Shown: positions 45,959 to 56,309, counted from the first letter of the stretch. The stretch: DNA of 64,000 nucleotides from Candidatus Moraniibacteriota bacterium (GCA_030679995.1 JAUXSK010000018.1:121492-185491); one strand, 5' to 3'. The notes: generated by a model from the sequence alone, not told the origin. Numbers and translations are program-made.

Positions 45959-46726
45959 CTAAACTTCAATTTTGGAAAAGAGATAACTGCCGATAGCCAA
46001 AGTCGCTATTACGAAAATAAGGAGGACGGAAAAGTCGGTATGGAAGTTGAAATGCATCTGGCCGGAAAGCATACCTCTGATTCCATCCACTCCGTAGGAT
46101 AACGGATTGGCATAGGTGATTAATTGGATGGTTTTTGGCAGGCCGCTTAGCGGGAAAAGAGCGCCTGAAAGGAAGAAGAGGGGCATTATTAGAAAATTTA
46201 TGATAATCGGGAAAGCTTGCATATCCTCCATTTTTGAAGCGATGGCTGTTCCGAAAGCGGTGAAGAAAAAAGCTATCAAAACCATATAGATGATCGCTAA
46301 CGGAGCCAGGAAGATATTTTCCGGTCTGAAACCGACAAGTAACGCGATGAAAAAAACCACTATGCCTTGGATGGTCGCCACTGTCGCTCCTCCGAAAGTC
46401 CGGCCCAGCATAATCGTCCAGCGGGGGACTGGAGCGACCAGTGTTTCCTTAAGGAAGCCGAACTGGCGGTCATAGATGACTTCTATGCCGGTAAACATAG
46501 CAGTAAAGATGATGCTCATAGCGATGATTCCAGGCGCGATGAATTGGATATAATTTCCACCTCCCGCTTTTTGGTAGATCGGTCCGAATCCGAAGCCGAG
46601 CGCCACCAAAAAAAGCACCGGCTGGGCTAGGGCGCCTATCATCCTGGCGCGCGAACGGTAATATCTTTTGAGCTGTCTCAGCCAAAGGATATAGATTATT
46701 TTGGAATATCGGTTTATCTTTTCCAT
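45959..46726 (-). CDS. ABC-2 type exporter permease.
   Basis: 6-TM ABC-2 pattern. It overlaps the upstream ATPase gene by 13 nt. Confidence 0.75.
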   Translation of the reverse strand: MEKINRYSKIIYILWLRQLKRYYRSRARMIGALAQPVLFLVALGFGFGPIYQKAGGGNYIQFIAPGIIAMSIIFTAMFTGIEVIYDRQFGFLKETLVAPVPRWTIMLGRTFGGATVATIQGIVVFFIALLVGFRPENIFLAPLAIIYMVLIAFFFTAFGTAIASKMEDMQAFPIIINFLIMPLFFLSGALFPLSGLPKTIQLITYANPLSYGVDGIRGMLSGQMHFNFHTDFSVLLIFVIATLAIGSYLFSKIEV

Positions 46727-47541
46727 ACGCGTCGCATAGTTCTTAATTTATCGATGCCTTTGGCGCCCTCCTCGCGGATTTCCTTACCGGTGAGTTTGAG
46801 GAAAGCGTCTTCCAGCGTTTGGGAATCCGTTTCCTCCTTGAGTTTTTGGGCAGTGCCTTCAGCGACTATTTTTCCATTGTCGATTATGGCGATCCGGTCC
46901 GCCATCCTGTCAGCTTCTTCCATATAATGGGTGCTGAAAAAGACCGTTATGTTTTCTTTCTGGTTCATATCTTTGATGTAGCTCCAAAGATGGTTGCGGG
47001 TTTGCGGATCAAGCCCGAGAGTCGGTTCATCCAGGAAGATTATTTCCGGATGGTGCAGAAGTCCGCGGGCGATTTCCAGGCGTCTTTTCATTCCGCCGGA
47101 AAATTCTTTCACTAAATCATCCTTGCGTTTTTCCAGTTCCACTAACCGAAGCAATTCGGTTATCCTTTCGCGGCGGACCTCTTTCGGGATATCATATAAT
47201 ACCCCATGGAATTCCAAATTTTCAAAAGCGGTAAGATCATCATCCAAGCTGGGATCTTGGAAAATTATACCGAATGAACGACGGACGTCATTAGGGTCGG
47301 TAACTGGATCAAATCCATTAATCAGGATTTTCCCGCTGGTCGGTTGGAGGAGGGTGGTGAACATTTTGATCGTCGTGGTTTTGCCGGCGCCGTTCGGGCC
47401 GAGGAATGCGAATATCTCACCTTTTTCCACTTCGAAGGAAACATCGTCAACAGCCGTGATGTCGTCGAATTTTTTTACCAGATTTTTAACTTTGATGATG
47501 TCCATAATCCTAATTAAAACATACATCCGGACATCCATCAA
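46714..47541 (-). CDS. ABC transporter ATP-binding protein (DrrA/NatA-like).
   Basis: Walker A GPNGAGKTT, signature FSGGMKRR, Walker B IFLDEPT. Confidence 0.9.
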   Translation of the reverse strand: MMDVRMYVLIRIMDIIKVKNLVKKFDDITAVDDVSFEVEKGEIFAFLGPNGAGKTTTIKMFTTLLQPTSGKILINGFDPVTDPNDVRRSFGIIFQDPSLDDDLTAFENLEFHGVLYDIPKEVRRERITELLRLVELEKRKDDLVKEFSGGMKRRLEIARGLLHHPEIIFLDEPTLGLDPQTRNHLWSYIKDMNQKENITVFFSTHYMEEADRMADRIAIIDNGKIVAEGTAQKLKEETDSQTLEDAFLKLTGKEIREEGAKGIDKLRTMRRVWKR

Positions 47542-47672
47542 ACTTTCAGGCTAGTTGCCTGAGGTCAATCTGGCGGGAATGAATTGCCATATATCCGGAT
47601 TTGGTACTATAATCGGGTAGTGGCTGATTGGATAGCCACTTATCCGTTTAATCATTTATTTGTAATAAAATT

Positions 47673-48134
47673 ATGCTTGACGTAAAACCCTATCGGCAAA
47701 AACCCGGATTTTGCGGGCCGGCTTCCCTGAAGATGGTGTTGGATTTTTATGGCGTGGAAAAAAGCGAGGAGGAGCTGGGGAAAATCACCAAGTGCGATCC
47801 GGATAAAGGCATCACCGGCTTGGCTATCGTCAAAGCGGCTGAAAAACTTGGTTTTGCCGGGTTTCTGAAGGATTATGCCAAATTGGAAGATATTAAAAAA
47901 TTTTTAACTAAAAAAATCCCCGTTATCGTAGAGTGGTTTTCAGTGGATGACGGACATTTTTCCGTGGTAGTGGAAATGGATAAAAAATATATTTATCTGC
48001 AGGATCCGGAATTAGCCGGCGTGCGCAAGATCGATTTGGAAACTTTCGAGCGTATCTGGTTCAGTTTCGATACCAAAACCATACGCAAAGAAAGGGATTT
48101 GGTTTTGCGCCGGATGGTCGTGATTGAAAAGTAA
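47673..48134 (+). CDS. Peptidase C39-like domain protein (standalone).
   Basis: YRQKPGFCGPASLKMVL carries the catalytic Cys context; the His is in DGHFSVVVE. An extended -10 tactataat is present upstream. Confidence 0.6.
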   Translation: MLDVKPYRQKPGFCGPASLKMVLDFYGVEKSEEELGKITKCDPDKGITGLAIVKAAEKLGFAGFLKDYAKLEDIKKFLTKKIPVIVEWFSVDDGHFSVVVEMDKKYIYLQDPELAGVRKIDLETFERIWFSFDTKTIRKERDLVLRRMVVIEK

Positions 48135-48162
48135 AATTAAAAACTGCTGTCCTCGGGATAGC
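48096..48162. repeat. Copy 1 of a 67-bp direct repeat: the 3' end of the C39-like gene plus, on the minus strand, a remnant C-terminus (...YPEDSSF*) of a homolog of gene 55516..56109.
   Basis: gatttggttttgcgccggatggtcgtgattgaaaagtaaaattaaaaactgctgtcctcgggatag is about 88% identical to 55472..55540. Confidence 0.75.
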
Positions 48163-48311
48163 GACGATTTTTAAATTGGGAGCTTTGAATTACGGTTATA
48201 ATGCCGATGTTTCCGATATGCAGCACGTCTTTGAATGATATCTCCGAATAATATCCAAAGTGTTTTTTGGCGGCATTTATGCTATTATGGAGCTATAAAC
48301 ATTTGGAAAAT

Positions 48312-50600
48312 ATGCCTAAAAACAAAAAAAAACGGCAACAAGGCGGAATTGATCGGCAAGTGGCAAATGCGCCTCATTTTTTTAACTTTTTTTCCAAGAC
48401 GCGGATTGAAAAAGCCATCAAATTGCTGCTATTTATTTTTCCTTTCGTTCCCTTGGCTAGTTATAGCGGTTTTTTCTTTCCATATATTTCAATCAAGCTT
48501 TTCATAATCTATATCTTGTGCGAAGCGGTTTTTGGCTTATATCTGATCCTGTGTTTTTTAGACAGGAGCTACTGGCCGAATCTCTATCGCAAAAACGGAC
48601 AGGGCGGGAAAAGCGTAAATTGGATCTGGATCAGCTTGGCGGCGTATATGGCGGTTTTGATCTTGACCACTTTTTTTTCCGTGGACATCGCCAAAAGTTT
48701 TTTCGGCAGTATCGGGTTTATGAACGGACTGCTGACATTGCTGCATTTTTTCTTGCTGTTTATGGTGTTTTCGCAGGCGTTTCTCGACCGGAAATTCTGG
48801 ATTCTTTTTTTCCGTCTCAATATGTCAGTCGGAATTTTCATTTCCGCCTATGCGTTGGTCCAAAAGATAGGCGGCGCCGCGGCGCCGATGGCGACTTTCG
48901 GAAATCAGGCCTATCTTTCCGGCTACTTGGTTTTTATCATCTTCCAGGCTTTGACTTTGTTTTGGTGGGATAATAAAAACAATTGGAAGATTTTACATTC
49001 GGTGGCTGGAGCCGCCAGTCTGCTGGCGATCTTCCTGGCGACCGATATCCGCGGTTCCAAATTAGGTGTCGCGGCCGGATTGCTTGCGATAATCCTGCTG
49101 TACGGTTTGGCAAATGAAAAGGAAAAGATTAGAAAATCTTTCCGTTGGTTAATCGTATTGGGGTTGGCAGTCGGGGTGTCGGTTTGTGTCTACGCTATCA
49201 AATCAGGCAAAATTTATTCCGCTTTTGAACGGTCTTATACTGTCAAAACCCGTTTGGTGGCTTGGGAGGCAGGACTGCGCGGTTTCGGCGATAAATTCTT
49301 GACCGGCTATGGCTTGGAAAATTATACGGTGCCGTTTGAAAAATATTTCCAGCCGACTTATTACAACCAGGGCCGGGGCAGTTCCACTGAATTTGGCGCG
49401 GATTCCCCGCATAATAAAATCATTGAGGTGGCGGTTTCGAATGGGGTTTTCGGGCTGTTTGCTTATCTGGGAATATTCGTAGCTGTTTACCAGCTGATTT
49501 ATGCGCGGTATCGAGCTTCGCATCAGAAAATTTTTCTGGGATTGGCCGGACTTTTCGGCGCCTACCTGGCGCATCTGCTTTTCATATTTGATACGGTAGT
49601 CACTTTACTGCTGTTTTTCCCGTCCGTGGCCTTTTTGATTTTCATATCGTATGCGGATGGGACCGGGCCGGCGGAAAAAGAAGAGAAGGTTGGGATTGCT
49701 TTCGGCAAAATGGTTTCTATCGCGGGAGTTGTCGCGATTATTTTCTGTACCTCGGTTTTCTATTTCGTCTGGAAGCCGGCCAAGGCGGTTTGGTATGCCA
49801 ATCAGGCTATAAATTCAGCTAAAGCTGGAAAGTATGCTGAAACATCGGATAATTTGGACAGTTTGCACCGGGAAAATGTCTATTCGGTGGAGGAAAGCGC
49901 GATTTTGGAAATCGGTAAGATTACCCAGATAAATTTCTTTGATAAAATCGATTTCACGCAGGATGATAAAAAATATTTTGAAAAAATAATCGGCTTGGCG
50001 GAGTATAATTTACAACGCAATCCTGACAACCTGCATTATTTCATCGAGCTGGCCTCGCTGTATGACCGGGCCGGCCGGTATGATCAAAATTATTATGCGA
50101 AAAATATCGAGCTTCTAGAAAGGGATCTGCAACGCGGCACTAAACGGATGGAAGCTTATATGATGCTGGCTGACGCTTATGGCGCAACTGGCAACCGGAC
50201 TAGGGCGGAAGAATTGGGCCTGGCCGGCGTGGCGCTGGATCCGACCTATGGCTACGGCTATTTTTTGCTGGGCAATATTTATTTCTACAAACTGGGGGAT
50301 GCAGCCAGGGCCAACGAAAATTTCGAAAAAGCTTTCGAATACGGATATAAAAACGTGAATTCGTTGAAATCCTACGCGGACGTGAATGTGAAAACCGATA
50401 ATTTGCCCAAAGCCATTGCCGCTTTCGAAGACTTGATCAAGCTCAATCCGAAGGACCCGCAGCAATATGCCAATCTCGTTATGTTATATTACAATAATAA
50501 GGACTACCAAAAAGCACGGGATATGGCGGAAAAAACCAAAAAGAAATTTCCCGGCACCCAGGCCCGGATCGACGCTTTCCTAAAAATAATTCCAAAATAA
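48312..50600 (+). CDS. O-antigen ligase/polymerase-family membrane protein (Wzy_C-like) fused to C-terminal TPR repeats. The ORF track opens at 48267.
   Basis: About 11 TM helices with a large loop, then multiple TPR-like helical repeats (LGNIYFYKLGDAARANENFEKAFEYGYKN...). Confidence 0.65.
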   Translation: MPKNKKKRQQGGIDRQVANAPHFFNFFSKTRIEKAIKLLLFIFPFVPLASYSGFFFPYISIKLFIIYILCEAVFGLYLILCFLDRSYWPNLYRKNGQGGKSVNWIWISLAAYMAVLILTTFFSVDIAKSFFGSIGFMNGLLTLLHFFLLFMVFSQAFLDRKFWILFFRLNMSVGIFISAYALVQKIGGAAAPMATFGNQAYLSGYLVFIIFQALTLFWWDNKNNWKILHSVAGAASLLAIFLATDIRGSKLGVAAGLLAIILLYGLANEKEKIRKSFRWLIVLGLAVGVSVCVYAIKSGKIYSAFERSYTVKTRLVAWEAGLRGFGDKFLTGYGLENYTVPFEKYFQPTYYNQGRGSSTEFGADSPHNKIIEVAVSNGVFGLFAYLGIFVAVYQLIYARYRASHQKIFLGLAGLFGAYLAHLLFIFDTVVTLLLFFPSVAFLIFISYADGTGPAEKEEKVGIAFGKMVSIAGVVAIIFCTSVFYFVWKPAKAVWYANQAINSAKAGKYAETSDNLDSLHRENVYSVEESAILEIGKITQINFFDKIDFTQDDKKYFEKIIGLAEYNLQRNPDNLHYFIELASLYDRAGRYDQNYYAKNIELLERDLQRGTKRMEAYMMLADAYGATGNRTRAEELGLAGVALDPTYGYGYFLLGNIYFYKLGDAARANENFEKAFEYGYKNVNSLKSYADVNVKTDNLPKAIAAFEDLIKLNPKDPQQYANLVMLYYNNKDYQKARDMAEKTKKKFPGTQARIDAFLKIIPK

Positions 50601-51988
50601 TGTTTTATAGCGATCGATTATTGATGCGAAAAATAATCCTGTTGGCAGGTGACGTTGCGCTGTTTTTCTTTGCGCTTTTTTTGGCGCTTTCCATCCGGCA
50701 GGTGCGGGTGGTTTCTGCGGACTATTATCAGATAAATCTGCAGGTTTTTTGGCCGATTTTCGCGATGTCCGTTGTAATATATTTCCTATTTGACTTGTAT
50801 AACATCAAAATGCTGCAAAAAATATACCGTTCGGTCTACTTTCTTTTTTTGGCGGTGGCAACCAACATCCTGCTGGCCGTTTCGTTCTGGTATGTTTTTT
50901 ATTCGGAAACCGAGGTGACGCCAAAGACCGGATTGCTCCTCTATGGAGCGCTGGTGTTCTTATTGACGGTCGTCTGGCGCTTCCTCTATCATGACCTATT
51001 TTTCAATAACAGCAGATATCAAAAAAGAATCGTGATAGTCGGCGGGGAAGAGCAAAATGAAGAATTGCTGAAAATTGCCAATCCGCCGCAAGGAGCGGAC
51101 TATAAAATCGTCGGCTATATTTCCCAAACGGCTGGCCAGGATTCGATGGTTTTCCAAAGCATACCATATTTGGGAAATTTCCATGATATCCAGAAAATCA
51201 TCCGCGAACAGAAAGTCGAGGAATTGATCGTAGCTTTCGATTACCGCCGTAACCGTGAATGCGTGAAAGAGTTGTCCGACTCTTTGAATTTCGGGATCAA
51301 AATTTTCGAATGGCCGGTTTTCTTCGAACAGGTCTTCCAGAAAGTCCCTACTAATCAGATAGATCATTTTTGGTTCATCTATGGCTTGGGTGATGCGGAT
51401 AGAAAGCTGTACGAAAGGATAAAAAGACTGCTGGATATGCTGGTCGCGGTGGTCGGCCTGATTTTTTCAGCGTGCGTCTTGCCTTTGGTCGCGATCGCGG
51501 TAAAATCAACATCACGTGGTCCGATTTTCTATCGGCAAAAAAGGATGGGATTCAATGGCAAGTTGTTCACTTTGATAAAATTCCGCACGATGGAGAATCA
51601 AGCTGAAAAAAATGGAGTCCAATGGGCCTCCAAGAATGATGCCAGGGTGACAATGGTCGGCCGATTTTTACGCCGGACGCGTCTGGATGAAATTCCGCAA
51701 TTCATAAATATCTTGAAAGGTGAAATGAGTCTGGTCGGACCGCGGCCTGAGCGGCCGGAATTTTTGGAAACCCTCTCTGAAAAAATCCCGTTCTATTACA
51801 AAAGGAATATGGTTCTGCCGGGGCTGACCGGTTTCGCCCAAATAATGTATCCCTATGCGGCGACCGTCGAAGATTCACTGGAAAAAGTCGGCTATGACCT
51901 CTATTACATCAAAAACCGATCACTCTTCCTTTATTTGAAAATAGTCTTATTGACAGTGAGGACGGCACTGTCCTTTAGCGGCCGGTAA
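50600..51988 (+). CDS. Polyprenyl-phosphate sugar phosphotransferase (WbaP/CpsE 'bacterial sugar transferase' family): an initiating glycosyltransferase.
   Basis: C-terminal PF02397 signature [25 protein letters not shown]...[22 protein letters not shown]-terminal TM bundle. A 1-nt overlap with the upstream gene. Confidence 0.85.
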   Translation: MFYSDRLLMRKIILLAGDVALFFFALFLALSIRQVRVVSADYYQINLQVFWPIFAMSVVIYFLFDLYNIKMLQKIYRSVYFLFLAVATNILLAVSFWYVFYSETEVTPKTGLLLYGALVFLLTVVWRFLYHDLFFNNSRYQKRIVIVGGEEQNEELLKIANPPQGADYKIVGYISQTAGQDSMVFQSIPYLGNFHDIQKIIREQKVEELIVAFDYRRNRECVKELSDSLNFGIKIFEWPVFFEQVFQKVPTNQIDHFWFIYGLGDADRKLYERIKRLLDMLVAVVGLIFSACVLPLVAIAVKSTSRGPIFYRQKRMGFNGKLFTLIKFRTMENQAEKNGVQWASKNDARVTMVGRFLRRTRLDEIPQFINILKGEMSLVGPRPERPEFLETLSEKIPFYYKRNMVLPGLTGFAQIMYPYAATVEDSLEKVGYDLYYIKNRSLFLYLKIVLLTVRTALSFSGR

Positions 51989-51990
51989 TC

Positions 51991-53256
51991 CTATCTGAAA
52001 AATAACTCATTTAAGGAAATATTTTGTTTTTGGTTCAATATCACGGAATATCTTAAATTAAAAAAGACAAAAAGCGATAAGGACAGAACAATTATGGTAA
52101 AAATAAATTTCCTCAAGACAGGGGATTTTATTTTTTCCTGGATGAACTTCACGCCATAAAAAGTGAAAAAAGCGGCGATGAGATATGTCAGCGGCCAGAG
52201 CAGGATAAGCGAACGAAAAGCATAATAATTGACTGAAGAAAAAATTGTAAAAATGAAAGAGGCTGAGAAAATGGCGAGTATTTTGTATTGCTTGTAGTAT
52301 GCCAGTATGAGCAGAAGCATTGAAAAAATGGCGGCTGCTGACCAATGGGGAAACATAAATTTGAAATAATCCCTTTCAAGAAAAATCATTCCCGGGAAAA
52401 TGCCTGGGCTGGCTACGTTTTCCATTTTGTCTTGGGAGATATGGCTTCCATTTTTGATTATCTGGGCAGTCGATTCCTTGGAAAGACCAGACGGTCCATA
52501 TGGATTATTTTTATAAAACATCGATGGGGCGATGTAGGACAAAAATAACAAAAACAAGACGAACGCGGTTTTTTTGATGATCGTCCATTCTATCCTTTTG
52601 GATAATATGCTGTAGAAAAAACAAAAAGCAATTAAAATAAAAGAGAAATATACCCCGATGGTATGCGAATAAACCATCGCAGGTATGACCAGCAGTGAAA
52701 AAATTTTCCAATGCTTGTTATCGTCAAGTATCAATGCGAATAGGAGCAAGAAAAGCAGCAGCGCGAAAAAGCTCGGAACGACCCAAAAAAAACCATGATA
52801 AGTGCCGGCGCCGTTGAATAGCGCTAGAAAAAATATTGCTAGCGCCGTTAGATTTTTGTTGTCGCTGAATTGCTTTACGAAATAAACCAAGACTGGCAGC
52901 AGCAGGATCGTTCCGATGTAAAAATTCAGCTTGAATGCTTGATAAGATGTTATATCGAGAATTTTTGCCAGCGAACCCAGCGGCAGCCTGTATGTTAGAT
53001 GTTCCCAGAAAACATACCTATTCGGCGTAAAGTTGTCTGTGCTGCAAAAAATGAAGCTAGGGCAATTTTTTACGGATTCAATGTGCCGTACGTATGATGC
53101 GATGTCATCTGCCGATCCGGGGGCATTCAAGCCGTTGCTTAAAAAAATACCTATTAAAAAAAATTTCCAGGCGATGAAAAAAAATATCGCAGCGATGAGC
53201 CATTTGTTTTCATTGATAAATAATCGCAGTTGTCCATTTTTGAAATAATTATTCAT
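51991..53256 (-). CDS. Polytopic membrane protein (candidate Wzy-type polymerase/EpsG-like).
   Basis: About 11 TM helices with no soluble domain. It is embedded in the glycan cassette. Confidence 0.5.
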   Translation of the reverse strand: MNNYFKNGQLRLFINENKWLIAAIFFFIAWKFFLIGIFLSNGLNAPGSADDIASYVRHIESVKNCPSFIFCSTDNFTPNRYVFWEHLTYRLPLGSLAKILDITSYQAFKLNFYIGTILLLPVLVYFVKQFSDNKNLTALAIFFLALFNGAGTYHGFFWVVPSFFALLLFLLLFALILDDNKHWKIFSLLVIPAMVYSHTIGVYFSFILIAFCFFYSILSKRIEWTIIKKTAFVLFLLFLSYIAPSMFYKNNPYGPSGLSKESTAQIIKNGSHISQDKMENVASPGIFPGMIFLERDYFKFMFPHWSAAAIFSMLLLILAYYKQYKILAIFSASFIFTIFSSVNYYAFRSLILLWPLTYLIAAFFTFYGVKFIQEKIKSPVLRKFIFTIIVLSLSLFVFFNLRYSVILNQKQNISLNELFFR

Positions 53257-53260
53257 AGTT

Positions 53261-54214
53261 TTATTTATTATAAAGCTTGATGTATTTGCCGGTTATTTTA
53301 GTCCAAGAAAAATTTTTAGCAATCCGGATGGCTTCCGCCCCGCCCCGTTTCCTTTCTTCCTTCGAGGTGATGAATTTTTTCAGGATTGCCTGATAATCCT
53401 CATCAGTGCGGGCGATATGTCCCTCCATCTGTCCAGTTAGGATTTCTTCAATCGATCCGACGACGTTGCTTATTACCGGCAAGCCGAAAGCCATCGCCTC
53501 AAGCACGGCCAGTGGTTGGTTATCAAGCATCGAATAATAAGCGAATATGTCGATCCGGTTAAAGAGATCTTCTTTTTCGCAATAGCCTAAAAACTCAGTG
53601 TTGGCATGGATTTCCAGGATAGTTTTTTTGTATGCTTCGAAAAAAACCCCGCCGCCTCCGATAACGAGCGTCGCTTCGGGAGAAACGGCCTCGATTATTC
53701 TGGCGAGCTTTACGGTTCCGTCAGCTTTTTTCCGGAAATTGAAATTGGTCAGAATCCCTAATTTAGGATTTTTTGAATCGAGGTCATAGGTCGTTTTGGT
53801 CGTTTCGGGGATATTTACGCCGTTGGGAATGACGAGAATTTTTTTAATTCCCAAGGTTTTTTTGAGGAAATTTGAAGGTGTGGTGGTGAAATCGGCTTGT
53901 TGGATGATTAATGGATAAAAAAATCGGCCCAAGTGCTTTTCGGCTTTGAAATTGCCATGGATAGTCAAAATATATTTTTTGCAAAATAAATTCGGTACCG
54001 GTACGCAGGAATGGACGATGTCGTAGCGTTGGAACATTTGTTTGAGGTAGGCTTTTCTGCCCCAAATCACCGTGACAGCATAACCACGCTTTTCCAAATG
54101 TTTGGCTAAATTTTGCGCCCAGACATACGGCCCGCCTTGGGAAAAAGTGATAATGAGTACGGTTTTTTTCTTTGATGACATAAAAAGCTCGGTTACTTCA
54201 TAAGTATTTACCAT
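53261..54214 (-). CDS. GT4 (GT1-fold) glycosyltransferase.
   Basis: EAMAFGLPVISNVVGSIEEIL is the C-terminal GT4 EX7E-region motif. Confidence 0.8.
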   Translation of the reverse strand: MVNTYEVTELFMSSKKKTVLIITFSQGGPYVWAQNLAKHLEKRGYAVTVIWGRKAYLKQMFQRYDIVHSCVPVPNLFCKKYILTIHGNFKAEKHLGRFFYPLIIQQADFTTTPSNFLKKTLGIKKILVIPNGVNIPETTKTTYDLDSKNPKLGILTNFNFRKKADGTVKLARIIEAVSPEATLVIGGGGVFFEAYKKTILEIHANTEFLGYCEKEDLFNRIDIFAYYSMLDNQPLAVLEAMAFGLPVISNVVGSIEEILTGQMEGHIARTDEDYQAILKKFITSKEERKRGGAEAIRIAKNFSWTKITGKYIKLYNK

Positions 54215-54291
54215 TATACACTTTTTCGCTTTTTTCCGCCTCTGTTTCGTGATATATTTAGGATAGCTTATGGAAAATCGGCTTAAATTCT

Positions 54292-55398
54292 ATGAAAAAG
54301 GCAAAAATCCTCTATATTATCACCCAATCCGACTGGGGAGGGGCCCAGAAGTACGTTTTTGACTTAGCGAACGGTCTCAAGGGCGAATTTGAGGTCTCAG
54401 TGGCTTTTGGCGGCAAGGGCAGGCTGAGTGATCGATTGCAGGCGATAGGCATCAGAACCCATCGGTTGGAGAATTTGGTGCGGGAAATCCATCCTTGGAA
54501 AGACTTTTTGGTTTTTTGGGAAATCTACCGTCTGATTAAAAAAGAAAAACCGGATATCGTGCACACCAATTCCTCCAAGGCGGAAATTCTGGGTAATATC
54601 GCGGCAAGGCTCGCCGGAGTCGAAAGAGTCGTTTTTACGGCACACGGTTTCGTTTTTAATGAGAATCTTGGTTTTTGGAAAAAAACCTTTTTTATTTTTT
54701 GGGAAAGATTGGCTGGACTTTTCGCTACACGGATAATTTGCGTGTCGGATTTTGATCGTAAGTCAGCGCTGAAAAATAAAATATCTCCAGCTAGAAAATT
54801 GTGCGTCATCCACAATGGTATTGAAATCCCGGCAGGAAATTTAGCGCGTGTTGAAAGGGCGGGTAGAAAAATCATCATCGGCACGATTGCCAACTTCTAT
54901 CGCAACAAAGGACTGGAGTTTCTGGTCCAAGCGGCGGCGGAATTGAATAAAAAATTTCCCAATTTGGAATTCCGGGTGGCCGGCGATGGAGGAGAAAGGC
55001 GCAATATCGAAGATGCCATAAAGAAACAGCGGTTGCAAAATTTCAAACTGCTGGGTTTTCAAGAAGAACAATATGATTTTTTGCGGCAGCTGGATATTTT
55101 TGTTTTGCCGTCACTCAAAGAAGGTTTGCCGTACGCGCTTCTAGAGGCGTTGTCGCTGGGTGTGCCGGCGGTAGCTAGCAAGGTTGGCGGTATTCCGGAG
55201 ATAATTTCCGATGGGGAAAATGGTTTTTTGGTGGAACCGAAAAATTCCAAGATGCTGGCGGAAAAAATCAACCTTCTGCTTGGGAATGAAAGGCTGAAGG
55301 CGGAATTTTCCCGGTCAGGACGGGAAATAATCCAGGCGGAATTTTCCCTGGGATGGATGCTGGCGCGGACACAGGAAGCGTATATCGGGATAGTCTGA
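54292..55398 (+). CDS. GT4 (GT1-fold) glycosyltransferase.
   Basis: EALSLGVPAVASKVGGIPEII...GFLVEP. Confidence 0.8.
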   Translation: MKKAKILYIITQSDWGGAQKYVFDLANGLKGEFEVSVAFGGKGRLSDRLQAIGIRTHRLENLVREIHPWKDFLVFWEIYRLIKKEKPDIVHTNSSKAEILGNIAARLAGVERVVFTAHGFVFNENLGFWKKTFFIFWERLAGLFATRIICVSDFDRKSALKNKISPARKLCVIHNGIEIPAGNLARVERAGRKIIIGTIANFYRNKGLEFLVQAAAELNKKFPNLEFRVAGDGGERRNIEDAIKKQRLQNFKLLGFQEEQYDFLRQLDIFVLPSLKEGLPYALLEALSLGVPAVASKVGGIPEIISDGENGFLVEPKNSKMLAEKINLLLGNERLKAEFSRSGREIIQAEFSLGWMLARTQEAYIGIV

Positions 55399-55471
55399 AG
55401 GAGCCTTTTTATTTTTTACAAAAATACGTTAGACGTGAAACCTTTTTGACAGTGAATTTATGCGGATCAAG

Positions 55472-55540
55472 GATGATTTGGTTTCGCGCCGGATGGTCGT
55501 GATCGAAAAGGAAAATTAAAAACCGCTGTCCTTGGGATAG
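55472..55540. repeat. Copy 2 of the 67-bp direct repeat. It holds an orphan 19-codon remnant (MRIKDDLVSRRMVVIEKEN*) of a C39-like gene 3' end on the plus strand, and the true 3' end of gene 55516..56109 on the minus strand.
   Basis: ggatgatttggtttcgcgccggatggtcgtgatcgaaaaggaaaattaaaaaccgctgtccttgggatag. Confidence 0.75.
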
Positions 55541-56109
55541 TGTCCGAAGCCGTCGTTCCTGCGGGCGGCTTTTTCGGTCGCGAGCGAGAAGTCGTGGGCA
55601 TTGTCATAGCTCGTGCCTTTTTCCATCAGTTTGGCTTCGTGCAGTTCGTGGAGCAATGTGTATTTGATTTCCCTGCCGTCCTGGGCGTCATCGATCCAAA
55701 TTTCGTTTTTTGGGACATAATCATATATCAGATTATGTCCGCCCAGGAAAAAATCCGGATCCAGCTTTGCGCGCACTTCCCGGCCGGATACCAAGAATAT
55801 TTTGAAGCCCGAAGATTTTCCAAGCGGTTTTATTTTGAACGGTTCTGTTTTTATGCCGGCCGTCTTCTTAGCTGCGTCGGTGATTCTTCGGCGGACAAAA
55901 GCGCCATATTTTTCGGCGCCAAGTTCGGTTTTCAATTTCCGGTCGGCCAGGAAGCTTTGCACGATCCGGTCTTTTTCGGCCAAATAACTTTTTTCCAGCC
56001 AGAGTTCGCCCTTGGGAACGTAGGTCTGGCTCTGGCTGTCTTCGATAGCGCAGAAATTTGGGTCAAGGGTGTTTCTGATTTCGAAGCCGTCGACGATTTT
56101 GATTTTCAT
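55516..56109 (-). CDS. Hypothetical protein with an internal tandem duplication and an HExxH motif (possible small zincin-like metalloprotein).
   Basis: Repeat 1 GFEIRNTLDPNFCAIEDSQSQTYVPKGELWLEK is paralleled by repeat 2 GREVRAKLDPDFFLGGHNLIYDYVPKNEIWIDD. HELHE lies at residues 154-158. Confidence 0.5.
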   Translation of the reverse strand: MKIKIVDGFEIRNTLDPNFCAIEDSQSQTYVPKGELWLEKSYLAEKDRIVQSFLADRKLKTELGAEKYGAFVRRRITDAAKKTAGIKTEPFKIKPLGKSSGFKIFLVSGREVRAKLDPDFFLGGHNLIYDYVPKNEIWIDDAQDGREIKYTLLHELHEAKLMEKGTSYDNAHDFSLATEKAARRNDGFGHYPKDSGF

Positions 56110-56309
56110 AAGTTTCGCGTTAATGTGATAAGTCTGGGGTTATTCTAACACGGCAGGCGGAAAACCGGCAAAGTTCCGCGGAGAATGCGGGTCTGGCAAT
56201 TTTTGGAAATTATGGGATAATTGTTTGTACTATATGCGATCAGCAGATCGGAATATTTGTCTGATTGAAATCGGTGATGATGTTTTTTTAAAATCAATGA
56301 GGAGGAAGT

